Virus record (IMG/VR): IMGVR_UViG_3300021426_000001
Strand: one strand, 5' to 3'
Origin: a virus
Lineage: Duplodnaviria; Caudoviricetes
DNA length: 64,000 bases
Shown: one piece after another, positions 35,908 through 44,686 of the stretch
Layout: each line of letters begins with the position of its first letter
How positions within the stretch are numbered: position 1 is the stretch's first letter
Position numbers and translations under genes: made by a program
The notes under the pieces: model-generated
The model's database searches: none
Told to the model about the DNA's origin: nothing
Seen by the model: only the letters and a program-made list of their open reading frames with translations

Positions 35908-36807
35908 CTATTTATTGTCCTTTGGAAGATGAGCCTTGACAGCGTTTTCAACTCTCACGCAGATCATCTTAGCTTCGTTAGCGTCCTGACACGGAATGAC
36001 TCCCACATTGCTAGAGGCAGAGAAGACCTTCAAGTCTCCGAGAACTTCACGGCAGTCTACGAGAGCGTTGCAAGAGCGGATCGTGATGTAGTGAGACTTC
36101 GGATGATAGACCATGAAGTAGTTGACGCCCTCCATGTCCATCTGTTTGCTGATCTCGGAGTGGTACTCGTTAGCGGTGATGAAGCGTCCGTTGAAAGACA
36201 TCTCCAGCTGAGCTAGAGACTCGTAGTAGAGCTTCCAGTCACGGACATGTTCAGTGAGAATGTCCTTCTCGGTCTGAGTGAGTGCGAAAGCTCCGCCCTT
36301 GCTCCAGCGCTTCATGAACGCGTATGCGCTCTCTGCCTTCCAGAAGAGAGTGTTGAAGTGGAACGAGCGGATGTCCTTGAGCTTCCAGAGCTCGAAGTCG
36401 TCTGCGATCTTTGCGATGTCGGCATAGCGTTCCATGTCGGCCATCCAGCGCTTGTAGTACATGTAGACCATGATGGATCCAGAGTAGTCCTGATTGACGT
36501 GGACATCCTTGTTGTTCAGCGTCTTCCACCAGTTGGCGTTCTCGTGATGGTCGAAGATTACGAACGGAGTCTTGCCGTTGGTGAAGACTTCGCGACTCGT
36601 AGTCGGTGCGAAGTTCGTGAAAATGACGACATCGTAGCGGCCAGGAGCTTCCCTGTAGCGCTTGATCATGTCTTCAGGCTTTCTGTAGGAGACGAAGAAA
36701 GTGTCGCAGTGCGGATAGTAGGCTTTGAGCAAAATTGATGAAACTGCGCCATTTAAGCTATATGATGTAAAGTTGAGAATTCTTAAGTTTCGATTTTTCA
36801 GGTCCAT
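35908..36807 (-). CDS. DHH-family phosphoesterase
   Basis: 'VIFDHHEN', 'DDFELW'; start ATG 36807 behind AAGGA. Confidence 0.7.
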   Translation of the reverse strand: MDLKNRNLRILNFTSYSLNGAVSSILLKAYYPHCDTFFVSYRKPEDMIKRYREAPGRYDVVIFTNFAPTTSREVFTNGKTPFVIFDHHENANWWKTLNNKDVHVNQDYSGSIMVYMYYKRWMADMERYADIAKIADDFELWKLKDIRSFHFNTLFWKAESAYAFMKRWSKGGAFALTQTEKDILTEHVRDWKLYYESLAQLEMSFNGRFITANEYHSEISKQMDMEGVNYFMVYHPKSHYITIRSCNALVDCREVLGDLKVFSASSNVGVIPCQDANEAKMICVRVENAVKAHLPKDNK

Positions 36808-36832
36808 GAGTAGTTCCTTGTTGTTCAATGAC

Positions 36833-36861
36833 AATATAGGAATTTCTTCCGAGTTCGTAAA
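36833..36861 (-). promoter_or_regulatory. Early sigma70-like promoter
   Basis: GGGTTTACG-N17-TATATT on minus strand. Confidence 0.75.
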
Positions 36862-36864
36862 CCC

Positions 36865-36901
36865 AAAAACACCGAAAGTCCCAGAATTGCTTCTGGGACT
36901 T
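36865..36901 (-). terminator. Intrinsic terminator after gp32
   Basis: AAGTCCCAGAA-GCAA-TTCTGGGACTT on minus strand. Confidence 0.75.
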
Positions 36902-36917
36902 GTTTCTTTTTACCTCG

Positions 36918-36965
36918 TGAACGGTCTAAGATAGGAGTAAAAGAGTAAAAGAGTTGGACCGTTCA
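36918..36965 (-). ncRNA. Candidate 3'-UTR stem-loop RNA with loop antisense to the gp23 RBS
   Basis: TGAACGGTC/GACCGTTCA stem; minus-strand loop CTCTTTTACTCTTTTACTCCT. Confidence 0.45.
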
Positions 36966-36985
36966 ACCAGTTTCTTTGACGAGCT

Positions 36986-37924
36986 TTAGGTGAGATCGTT
37001 CAAGAATTCGTCGATGTTCTCGCTAGACGGCTTTTCAGCTGCTGGCTCTGCATCTTCGCTTCTGACAGACTCGTTCGTTGCAGCAGTGTTGCTCGGGTCC
37101 ACGCCTGGAATGATCGGCATGTACTTGTACTTGCCTTGCGGATCTTCCTTGGTGCGGTCGTAGAGCTTCTTTGCTGCGAGCTTCTCGTAGGTGTCCAAGA
37201 CATCTTCAAAGGTTTCCTTGCTGGTGTCCTTCTCGCACTCCTTGAGAGTGTAGAGCTTAGCGTCAATTGCTTCAATCTCCTGGTCAGTGAGAGGGTTGTT
37301 GTTCTTGTCGCTGATCGGCTTCTGGTCACCGAAGTAGGACTCTTCTGGGTTCGGACCGAACTCAGTGTCCTTAGCCTTGTAGATGAGGTTTGCGCCCTTG
37401 TAGTAGTCGAACACGTTCACGCCAGCGATGTGTCCCTTATCCGGATCGTCCTTACCGTTGAGCTTCTCGAGCAGCTTGTCCATGATTTGGACGCCGAACT
37501 TGAAGCGGTAAACTTTGCCTTCGCTATCTGGGTTGCCAGGGTGCTTCACGACATAGACGTTGCAGATGTAGGTCTTCTTGGCCTTCTTCGCGCCAGCCTT
37601 CTTAAGGACATCCTTTGCCTTCTCTTTCGGGAAAGCGTCGAACACAGCAGAGTTCCAGTCGCAGAGAGGACACTTGTGGTTGTTCTTTCTGAGACAGTCA
37701 ACGACCTTCCACTTGCCGTCAGTGTCCTTGAAGGAGTGAGTTCTGTTCTCTACGAACGGAGCCGTCTCTGTTGCAGGCTGCGGGAGCAGTCTTAGGACAA
37801 TTTCGCACTTGTGGTTGATCATGATGGGTTCGAAGAGATTTTCGATTTCGTAGCCCTTCTTATCCTTCTTGCCTGCGAGTTCGTTGACCTGCTGGAAGTA
37901 ACCGTCAAAATTGCGTTCGATCAT
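36986..37924 (-). CDS. gp32: Single-stranded DNA-binding protein
   Basis: 'LRLLP', 'HSFK..GKW..DC...CPLC', 'YICNVYVVKHPGNPDSEGKV', 'FD..KGAN', acidic tail. Confidence 0.92.
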   Translation of the reverse strand: MIERNFDGYFQQVNELAGKKDKKGYEIENLFEPIMINHKCEIVLRLLPQPATETAPFVENRTHSFKDTDGKWKVVDCLRKNNHKCPLCDWNSAVFDAFPKEKAKDVLKKAGAKKAKKTYICNVYVVKHPGNPDSEGKVYRFKFGVQIMDKLLEKLNGKDDPDKGHIAGVNVFDYYKGANLIYKAKDTEFGPNPEESYFGDQKPISDKNNNPLTDQEIEAIDAKLYTLKECEKDTSKETFEDVLDTYEKLAAKKLYDRTKEDPQGKYKYMPIIPGVDPSNTAATNESVRSEDAEPAAEKPSSENIDEFLNDLT

Positions 37925-38037
37925 ATTTTTACCTTTATTGTTCCTTTATCTTTCATTCATTTTTCTTCTTAACGCCTCACCGGAAGTTTATCTCCCGGGG
38001 ACATGTTATATATAGAAACTTTTTTGCGCTCAAAAAT

Positions 38038-38739
38038 TCATCTCATGCCGCCAGATCTGTGGCAGTAGATGTCCTGGAGAGTTATGCCGTCTTCAGCGAG
38101 ATACTTGACCATCTTGATGAACTTCGCGTACTCCTCGTCTCTGATCTTCTTCTCGTCGATTCCGAAGCCGTCGTTCTTCTGCCAGAGGTAGAGATAGAGG
38201 TGCAACCCGATCTTCCCGTCGATGAGCATCTGGAACAGGACATTCTTCTGATCATCATCAATGTTCAAGACGCTCACTACCTTCTCCGACATGTCCCTTA
38301 GACAGTCAGTCTGAGCCTTCAGATTCTCTGGTCTGTACAGATCTATTCCCTCAAGCTTTCCTATGGCGTCAAGGTCAAGGCAGTTGTATACGGGCTTCTT
38401 TTTCTTTCCGTTGCCCTTTGGAGCGTATAGCTCGCCGTTCTTCTTGCGCTTGAGGAAGCATCCCTTGTAGTGTCTGATGTACTCGCCGAAGATGTAGATC
38501 TTGAAGGTCTTCATGTTCAGCAGTCCAGACTCTAGGGCGTTAGCTGCTCTGATGACTTTGTTCATCAGGAGCTCGTGGTAGTTGCCTCCCTTAGCGAACA
38601 TGGCGCTTCTCTCCATCTCTTCGACAGCTAGCGTCCAGTTGATCTCTCTGAACACGTTAGCGAAGTTGATGGTCTTCAGGGACTTTCGAATCTCCTGATT
38701 GAAGAGCCAGACGATAGAGTAAATTTCAGTCTTTGTCAT
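38038..38739 (-). CDS. Hypothetical protein in the position of the gp59 helicase loader
   Basis: Between gp33-like and gp32 as in T4; sequence similarity not evident. Confidence 0.6.
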   Translation of the reverse strand: MTKTEIYSIVWLFNQEIRKSLKTINFANVFREINWTLAVEEMERSAMFAKGGNYHELLMNKVIRAANALESGLLNMKTFKIYIFGEYIRHYKGCFLKRKKNGELYAPKGNGKKKKPVYNCLDLDAIGKLEGIDLYRPENLKAQTDCLRDMSEKVVSVLNIDDDQKNVLFQMLIDGKIGLHLYLYLWQKNDGFGIDEKKIRDEEYAKFIKMVKYLAEDGITLQDIYCHRSGGMR

Positions 38740-39116
38740 CGTATCAAGAACTTGCTCAGTTTTTCTACGCTAGCGCCCTTCTTCTTTCTGAGCTCTAGAT
38801 AGAGGGCGTCATATAAGTTGGTTTGAAGCAGAGTCAAGAGCTGCTCTGGCTCGAAGAAGTCTTCGATCAGGTAGGTGCACATGTCAATGACGCTGATGTC
38901 GTGATCCACATGGACATGCTCTAGCATGCTGTTGAAGAGAATGAAGCTGTTGAGGTCCTTCTTCTTGATTATCGGAAGAAGGCACTTCGGCAAGTTCGTC
39001 TCTTCGTCGACGTCATACATGTCGTAGCCCTGACGCTTGAGAATCTCGAAGAACTCCTTCTTCGCAGCTTCTCGCTCTAGAGTCTCTATCTTGTAGTCGC
39101 TGTCTACTACCATCAT
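38736..39116 (-). CDS. gp33: Late-promoter coactivator, gp33-like
   Basis: 'ISVIDMCTYLIEDFFEPEQLLTLL..NLYDALYLE' resembles gp33; synteny. Confidence 0.5.
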   Translation of the reverse strand: MMVVDSDYKIETLEREAAKKEFFEILKRQGYDMYDVDEETNLPKCLLPIIKKKDLNSFILFNSMLEHVHVDHDISVIDMCTYLIEDFFEPEQLLTLLQTNLYDALYLELRKKKGASVEKLSKFLIR

Positions 39117-39122
39117 TTCCTC

Positions 39123-40553
39123 CTATAGCAGTCCGTTTAGCTTGTCAAGGTCAACTTCTGCTGTAGCTATGTAAGCGTTGTCTGCGACATCCTGATTGAC
39201 TGGCTGGGCTGGAGCGGGTGTCGGAGCTGGATTCTGAACTGCAGTAGTCTCGGTGACGTTGACCTGACGCTGTGGCTTTCCTCCAACGTCGTAGATCTGC
39301 TGCTTGCCGATGTCCACGCCTATCATGATCTCAGTGCCCTTGTTGTTCTTCAGTCTAGTCTTAGCTACTTTGAGCTTGTACATGCCCTGCTCTAGCTGAG
39401 ACTTGTCCTGAGTCACTGCTATCACAGCATCGAGCTTCATCGTAGATCCGTAAGAGTCAGCCACGTCGTTGAGGTCCACGTCTGCGCTGTCGAAGCCTCC
39501 TCTGTTAGTCTGGAGGGCAGTGACGATGGGAATGCCCATCTTAGTGCAGATAGCGCCTCTCGTCTCAGCTGCGACTCTCTGAAGGATAGTGTTAGTGTTT
39601 AGAGTCGGGTTCGGACGTCCGTTCGGAATCATGCATCCGATGTAGTCAAGGAAGATGATCTCTGGGACGAAGTTCTTCTTCTCTTTGAGATCCTTCAAGA
39701 CCGTGCAGATCTTCATAGCGTTAGCAGTCGAGTCAGGAAGCTCCACGATCTTAAGGTGGCTCTTCGTCATCTCCTTCATTCTGTTCTTGAGGGCGACGAA
39801 CGAGTTCTTGTTGAGAAGCTTGAGCTTGTCCTGGCTGATGTCGCAGAGGTTCTGCATCATTCTCAGAGCGATCTTCTTGTCTGGGTCTTCCATCGTGATG
39901 TACAGGACGTTGTGACCTCCAGCCATCATGTTAGAAGCGATAGCGGATAGGATTAGCGTCTTACCGATGTTGGTAGAAGCGAGAACGCCGATCATGACCT
40001 TCTCTGGAACGCCGCCGTTGAGCAGCACGTCCACGTCCTTCAAGCCAGTTCCGATGATGTTGACAGCCATCACCATGTCTTCGTAGACTTCGTCAAGGTC
40101 GTCGATCAAGTCGAGGCCGATCTCAGTCTGGAACGTGAATCCTTCAGCGTCTGCCATCATCTGAGAGAAGCACGGCACTTCTTCGTCTTCTTTGTGCTTC
40201 TTGAACAGCCACTCTTGAGCGTCTAGGGTGACTTGGTAGATGAGCTTCTTGCGGATGAAGTCTTCGATGTCGTCTAGAATGCACTCTGTGTTGCACTCTT
40301 CGTCTGGAATGTTGATAGCAGCGTCGAACTCTTCAAGGACTGCTTGGTCGGTTCTGAGGAAGTTTCTGGACTCGATGACGTTCGGGAAGTTGTTATACTT
40401 CTCTACATACTTTACGATCTTCTCAACGATAGTGCTTATGTTCTGGTTCTCTCTGAACCAGTCGGAGGTCAAATACGGAAGGATCCTGTTTCTAGCGCTC
40501 GCATTAGCGTAGAGGGTCTTCAGGATCAAGTGTGGAAATTGAACTTGTACCAT
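39123..40553 (-). CDS. gp41: Replicative DNA helicase
   Basis: 'LASTNIGKT', 'VLYITME', 'IFLDYIG', 'TALQTNRGG', 'ADSYG'. Confidence 0.92.
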   Translation of the reverse strand: MVQVQFPHLILKTLYANASARNRILPYLTSDWFRENQNISTIVEKIVKYVEKYNNFPNVIESRNFLRTDQAVLEEFDAAINIPDEECNTECILDDIEDFIRKKLIYQVTLDAQEWLFKKHKEDEEVPCFSQMMADAEGFTFQTEIGLDLIDDLDEVYEDMVMAVNIIGTGLKDVDVLLNGGVPEKVMIGVLASTNIGKTLILSAIASNMMAGGHNVLYITMEDPDKKIALRMMQNLCDISQDKLKLLNKNSFVALKNRMKEMTKSHLKIVELPDSTANAMKICTVLKDLKEKKNFVPEIIFLDYIGCMIPNGRPNPTLNTNTILQRVAAETRGAICTKMGIPIVTALQTNRGGFDSADVDLNDVADSYGSTMKLDAVIAVTQDKSQLEQGMYKLKVAKTRLKNNKGTEIMIGVDIGKQQIYDVGGKPQRQVNVTETTAVQNPAPTPAPAQPVNQDVADNAYIATAEVDLDKLNGLL

Positions 40554-40568
40554 ACTTCTTTAAAATAG

Positions 40569-40605
40569 AAAAAAGGCGAGAGCTGAAAATTCGTGCTCTC
40601 GCCTT
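40569..40605 (-). terminator. Intrinsic terminator after uvsX
   Basis: AAGGCGAGAGC/GCTCTCGCCTT with T-run on minus strand. Confidence 0.7.
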
Positions 40606-40619
40606 GAGTGAAGAGAAAC

Positions 40620-41966
40620 TTACTCTTCGTCGTCAGTGCCTTCGAGAATGACTGGACCCTTGTCCTCGCCCGCTTCAGCCTTAGCTTCTGCGATCTCTTC
40701 AGCGCTGTACTTCTGGAAGATTCCAGTGCCGTCGACTTCGAGGTCTTCGTTCTCGTCGCCATATTCCTGCTTGAACTGCTCATCTTCTGAAGCAGCCATA
40801 GTCGGAACGGAGTTCTCGTCGAACTCGGTAGCGTTGTCGATGAGGTCCATCACGTTGACCTGAGAGGAGATCATCTTAGCGTTGACGAAGCTGAACTTGT
40901 CTTCGCAGTAGTCCACGAACTTCTGGTCACGATAGAGCGGAATCCAGAATGCAGCGCAGTACAGGTCTGCTTCCTTCCACATTCTTGTGACTTCTCCAGT
41001 CTCCTTGTCCACGTCGTAGTCGGTTCTAGCGTAGTAGCCGTTCTGAGGCTTGAACACGCATCCAGATGCGACTGCGTCGTCCAGAAGTCCGAAGAACGGA
41101 TCCAGACCGCCGTCGAGACGGATGAGGTACTGAGTCTTGAGGAATTCCTTAGCGCCACGACCCTTCTTGACGCCGACCGTGACCACCTTGCCGAGGATGT
41201 TGTCCTGAGCGTCCTTGTACTTAGCAGCAGATGAGCAGAGGCCGATTGAGTCAGAGTTGAAGAACAGTCTCTTACCGCCAGGAATCTTGACCTTCTCGCC
41301 GTACATCTCGAGCGAAGCGTAGACGTGGTTGATGACGAAGGTAGTGTTGCCGCAAGCGTTGATCACGTTAGCGAGCTCGTTCTTGAACTTTGCAGAGCTC
41401 ATGTTAACAGCAGATGAAGCCTCTTCTGCCTTCTCCATGACCTGAACTTCCACGATCGGACCCCAAGAGTCCAAGAGGATGAACGTGTTCATCGACTCTT
41501 CACGAGTCTTGCCGTGGTTGATTCTTGCGAAGATCTGCTTCAGCTCGTTGACCTTAGAGGTCTGGTAGATAGCGATCTTGTGGAGGTCGATTCCGAGCTG
41601 CTTCAGAATGTCAAGGTTGATAGCGTGCTCCGTGTCGATTACGACGCAAGCCATGCCAGCTCTGTAAGCGGACTGTAGAACGTTGTAGCCGATGAGTGAC
41701 TTACCGAGCTGAGAGTCAGCAGCGATAGACGTGATTGCGCCCTTCTTGATGCCTCCGCGAATCTTTCCGCCGAACACGAGATTTAGCGAGATCACGTTGG
41801 TGTTGAGCCATTCATACTTCATCTTTTCGGGATCAATGATGAGCTTGTTCAGCTCCTTGTCTTTCTTGATCGCTGCGATGATTTCTTCGGATGTGAGCTG
41901 CTTCTTTTCTTTTGTGCTGGTACCCTCAGTGTCTGGGATTCCAGCTGATTTCTTTTTCTTAGCCAT
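40620..41966 (-). CDS. uvsX: RecA-like recombinase
   Basis: 'AADSQLGKS', 'IDTE', 'LLDSWG', 'INHVY', 'PGGK'; start ATG 41966 behind GAGG. Confidence 0.88.
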   Translation of the reverse strand: MAKKKKSAGIPDTEGTSTKEKKQLTSEEIIAAIKKDKELNKLIIDPEKMKYEWLNTNVISLNLVFGGKIRGGIKKGAITSIAADSQLGKSLIGYNVLQSAYRAGMACVVIDTEHAINLDILKQLGIDLHKIAIYQTSKVNELKQIFARINHGKTREESMNTFILLDSWGPIVEVQVMEKAEEASSAVNMSSAKFKNELANVINACGNTTFVINHVYASLEMYGEKVKIPGGKRLFFNSDSIGLCSSAAKYKDAQDNILGKVVTVGVKKGRGAKEFLKTQYLIRLDGGLDPFFGLLDDAVASGCVFKPQNGYYARTDYDVDKETGEVTRMWKEADLYCAAFWIPLYRDQKFVDYCEDKFSFVNAKMISSQVNVMDLIDNATEFDENSVPTMAASEDEQFKQEYGDENEDLEVDGTGIFQKYSAEEIAEAKAEAGEDKGPVILEGTDDEE

Positions 41967-42090
41967 ATATTTCCTTCTCTTCACTTTGATGTGAAGATAG
42001 GTAATATATAGAATTTTTCTAGCGATTGAATTTTCGTGATAGTGCTCAAATCTGGTGCTCAAAATTATGAGAAAATCCTGATTTTATGGG

Positions 42091-42119
42091 TTTAGATTTC
42101 TTATCAGAATACCTATATT
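42091..42119 (+). promoter_or_regulatory. Early promoter (TTTAGA variant)
   Basis: GGGTTTAGA-N17-TATATT. Confidence 0.8.
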
Positions 42120-42149
42120 GTACATACAAACTTAAACAAAGGATAAACA

Positions 42150-42614
42150 ATGAAAAAACTCTTGATTGCAATTTTTATTTTAATTACAACTGCAGTAGGA
42201 TCCGATCATTCTCCGTTAAATATACATCCTCGCTTGGAGCTTATTGGTGAGACTACTGGATGTGATAAAACTAACGACACAAGTTGGATTTGTTTCAACT
42301 TTATAGCTGATAAGTATTGCGATCTCGTAAAAAACTATTATGTAGAATATAGTGATGAAATTGGATGGATAATAAGATATTTAGGCAGTTATAAAAACGA
42401 ATGTCTAGGTGCAGATCATACGGAAGAATACTGGGAATATAGAATATCTAGAGAAAATATCATAACTGAATATAGATGGCACGTAGACGAAGATTACGAT
42501 AGGGTATTGGATCATTGGCGTAAGGGAGAGGTTAGTCAAGCTCGTGCCAATAAACAGAGAGAAGCTATTATAGAATTTACCAAAAATAAATGGTTCGATC
42601 GTAGCAAAATCTAA
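42150..42614 (+). CDS. AT-rich hypothetical protein with signal peptide
   Basis: 'MKKLLIAIFILITTAVGS'; lower GC than flanks. Confidence 0.7.
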   Translation: MKKLLIAIFILITTAVGSDHSPLNIHPRLELIGETTGCDKTNDTSWICFNFIADKYCDLVKNYYVEYSDEIGWIIRYLGSYKNECLGADHTEEYWEYRISRENIITEYRWHVDEDYDRVLDHWRKGEVSQARANKQREAIIEFTKNKWFDRSKI

Positions 42615-42622
42615 AATATGGG

Positions 42623-42651
42623 TTTAGATTTCTCACAGAAATGTCTATATT
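42623..42651 (+). promoter_or_regulatory. Early promoter (TTTAGA variant)
   Basis: GGGTTTAGA-N17-TATATT. Confidence 0.8.
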
Positions 42652-42675
42652 CTACTCGTAACTTTAACATAGGAA

Positions 42676-43137
42676 ATGAAAATGAAATTTTATAAAATCC
42701 TAAATTCCAAAATCGCATGGCTTATCTATTTTATGCTACCTACAATAATTTTTTACGTTATAAGTTTATATGGATCTGGATTTATGGAAGCATTAAAACG
42801 AGAAGGATTACCTATGATTATAGCATTGCTTCTATTTAATACAGTTTCCTGGATATATTGCAAATTTTTAATACTAGATCGATTTATATTAAAGCGCATA
42901 AATCTTGGTCTAGCAAATGAAAAGCGAGAATTCTGGAAAGACGTAAAACATGGAATAAATAATTTTCTCTGGGATACTATTCCTGGACTTAGTCTAATTA
43001 TTATAGGCGCAGGATATATGCTATATGTTGGAATAACTGAAGGCAGTGTCCTCAAGATCCTAGTCTTCGGATTTCACTTTTTATTCGCAATATCTGGATT
43101 TATTTCTATCTCGGTAAAGAATGGTAAAGAAGTCTAG
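42676..43137 (+). CDS. AT-rich membrane protein (about 4 TM segments)
   Basis: Four hydrophobic stretches; low GC. Confidence 0.7.
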   Translation: MKMKFYKILNSKIAWLIYFMLPTIIFYVISLYGSGFMEALKREGLPMIIALLLFNTVSWIYCKFLILDRFILKRINLGLANEKREFWKDVKHGINNFLWDTIPGLSLIIIGAGYMLYVGITEGSVLKILVFGFHFLFAISGFISISVKNGKEV

Positions 43138-43232
43138 ATCTGGTGCTCAAGCATGCTGTAGAGCTCTTCCATCGTGACTACGGACTCGACGCCGTTTCTT
43201 CTGATCTTGACCCTCTGCTTTCCATCACAACA
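43134..43232 (-). mobile_element. Atypical split intein N-fragment (32 aa)
   Basis: CCDGKQRVKIRRNGVESVVTMEELYSMLEHQI then stop; fits intein block A at the terminase insertion site after QEY/F. Confidence 0.75.
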
Positions 43233-44030
43233 TGCATATTCCTGAGCGAAGTGCTTAGCTCCGAAGTCTCTGATGATTCTAGCCTTCCAAGCTTCGTCTC
43301 TTCCCTCGATCTCGTACCATTGCACCTTGCAAGGAATGAACGAGTTAGCGCCAGCTACAGCTTTCTGCCAGATGTCAGCGAAGTGGTTCATTCCGTTCGG
43401 CGTAGAGATCAAGATGAGCTCAGCGTCTGGGTCAGAAGCCTGCACCGGCATGACTGACTGAATGAAGTCGTCTGCGATAGAGTCATCCAAGTGAGCGAAC
43501 TCGTCTACGAGCATGAAGTTTACTGACTTACCACGAATAGCAGATGAAGATGATGCAGCTGCGAAGATCTTCGTTCCGTTGTCGAGACCTATAGAAGACT
43601 TAGACCAGCCTCCTCTCTGCGGATCGATTCCCTGCTGGAGCCATAGAGGCAGTCTGATGTAGGCGTCTCTGATACGAGCCATGATTTCCAGAGCCTGGTT
43701 CAGCTTGTTAGCCAGGATAGCGATCGTCTTGTCTTCGTTGAAGAGCGCCTTCCAAGTCAGATACAGGGTAGCGATAGTAGTCTTTCCAGACTGACGACCC
43801 TGCATGATGATTCGGTTGTTCTTGCCCTCTACCTTTGCGCAGAGCGTCTTGATCTCTCTGATCTGGTACTCGCGCAGCGGAATCGGTCTTGATCCCTTCG
43901 GAGTCAAAATATAGAAATACTTTGCGAAGTGGAAGATGTCGTTAGCGCACTTAGTGTACTCCTCGATCTGCTCTGGAGTCATGTCGATCTTCTCTAGATG
44001 TCCTCGTATGTTCTCTGCACCCTGAAACAT
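43134..44030 (-). CDS. gp17: Terminase large subunit N-terminal ATPase half fused to a split-intein N-fragment
   Basis: 'LREYQ', Walker A 'GRQSGKTT', Walker B 'MLVDEFAH', 'ISTPNGMNHF'; ends FAQEYA-CCDGKQRVKIRR...MEELY. Confidence 0.9.
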   Translation of the reverse strand: MFQGAENIRGHLEKIDMTPEQIEEYTKCANDIFHFAKYFYILTPKGSRPIPLREYQIREIKTLCAKVEGKNNRIIMQGRQSGKTTIATLYLTWKALFNEDKTIAILANKLNQALEIMARIRDAYIRLPLWLQQGIDPQRGGWSKSSIGLDNGTKIFAAASSSSAIRGKSVNFMLVDEFAHLDDSIADDFIQSVMPVQASDPDAELILISTPNGMNHFADIWQKAVAGANSFIPCKVQWYEIEGRDEAWKARIIRDFGAKHFAQEYACCDGKQRVKIRRNGVESVVTMEELYSMLEHQI

Positions 44031-44055
44031 TTTTAAGATTTCTCCAAAATATGGG

Positions 44056-44084
44056 TTTAGATTTCTCTAAGTTGTTTCTATATT
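44056..44084 (+). promoter_or_regulatory. Early promoter (TTTAGA variant)
   Basis: GGGTTTAGA-N17-TATATT. Confidence 0.8.
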
Positions 44085-44116
44085 TACATCGTAAACCAAT
44101 AACAAAGGACTTGAAG

Positions 44117-44443
44117 ATGGCTAAAGAACTCACAGAAGAACAAAAACTCCGCCGCAAGGAACGTGCTGCTGCTCGTCGCGCTAAGAAGAAAGAAGAGAAG
44201 GCTGCAGAAGAAGCTAAGAAAGCTGCACGCAAGAAACACGCTGAAGAACGTCGTCGTCAGAAGAAAGCTGAGTTCGACCGCACAGAACAACGCCTTAAGA
44301 AGACCTATATCGGCAAGAATATCGACAACACTGATCTCGAACTGATCAACTACCCGTTTTACACCACTAGCTACAATCACGAAGTCAAGGTCGATGTCGG
44401 AGCCGACGACATCATCAAGGCCGTAAAACTCACGAGAATGTAA
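44117..44443 (+). CDS. Highly basic hypothetical early protein
   Basis: Start ATG 44117 behind AAAGGA; K/R/A/E-rich helix. Confidence 0.7.
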   Translation: MAKELTEEQKLRRKERAAARRAKKKEEKAAEEAKKAARKKHAEERRRQKKAEFDRTEQRLKKTYIGKNIDNTDLELINYPFYTTSYNHEVKVDVGADDIIKAVKLTRM

Positions 44444-44456
44444 GGAGAAACTAACA

Positions 44457-44672
44457 ATGAAGATCAAAGATTTTACAATCGAATTTGAAGCTGGCGAGTT
44501 CAAAGATCACGTAATGGACATCATCACGTTTAACATCAAGCGTCGAGCAAACCGAGATCTGGTCATCGAAAAGACCGACAATCAAACAACAGTCACTATT
44601 CCTGGCGAAGTAGATTTCATTCAAATCACTGACATCATCGGCATGATCAAATACTGGAAAAACGTTCAATAA
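44457..44672 (+). CDS. Hypothetical protein
   Basis: 71 aa, TAAGGAG RBS. Confidence 0.7.
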   Translation: MKIKDFTIEFEAGEFKDHVMDIITFNIKRRANRDLVIEKTDNQTTVTIPGEVDFIQITDIIGMIKYWKNVQ

Positions 44673-44686
44673 GGAGAAACTAAACT

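Noticed and set aside
43071-43136. TAG read-through or recoding extending the terminase
   Set aside because: Read-through meets TGA after about 20 codons of antisense island sequence, and TAG, TGA and TAA all end intact genes elsewhere, so the standard code fits
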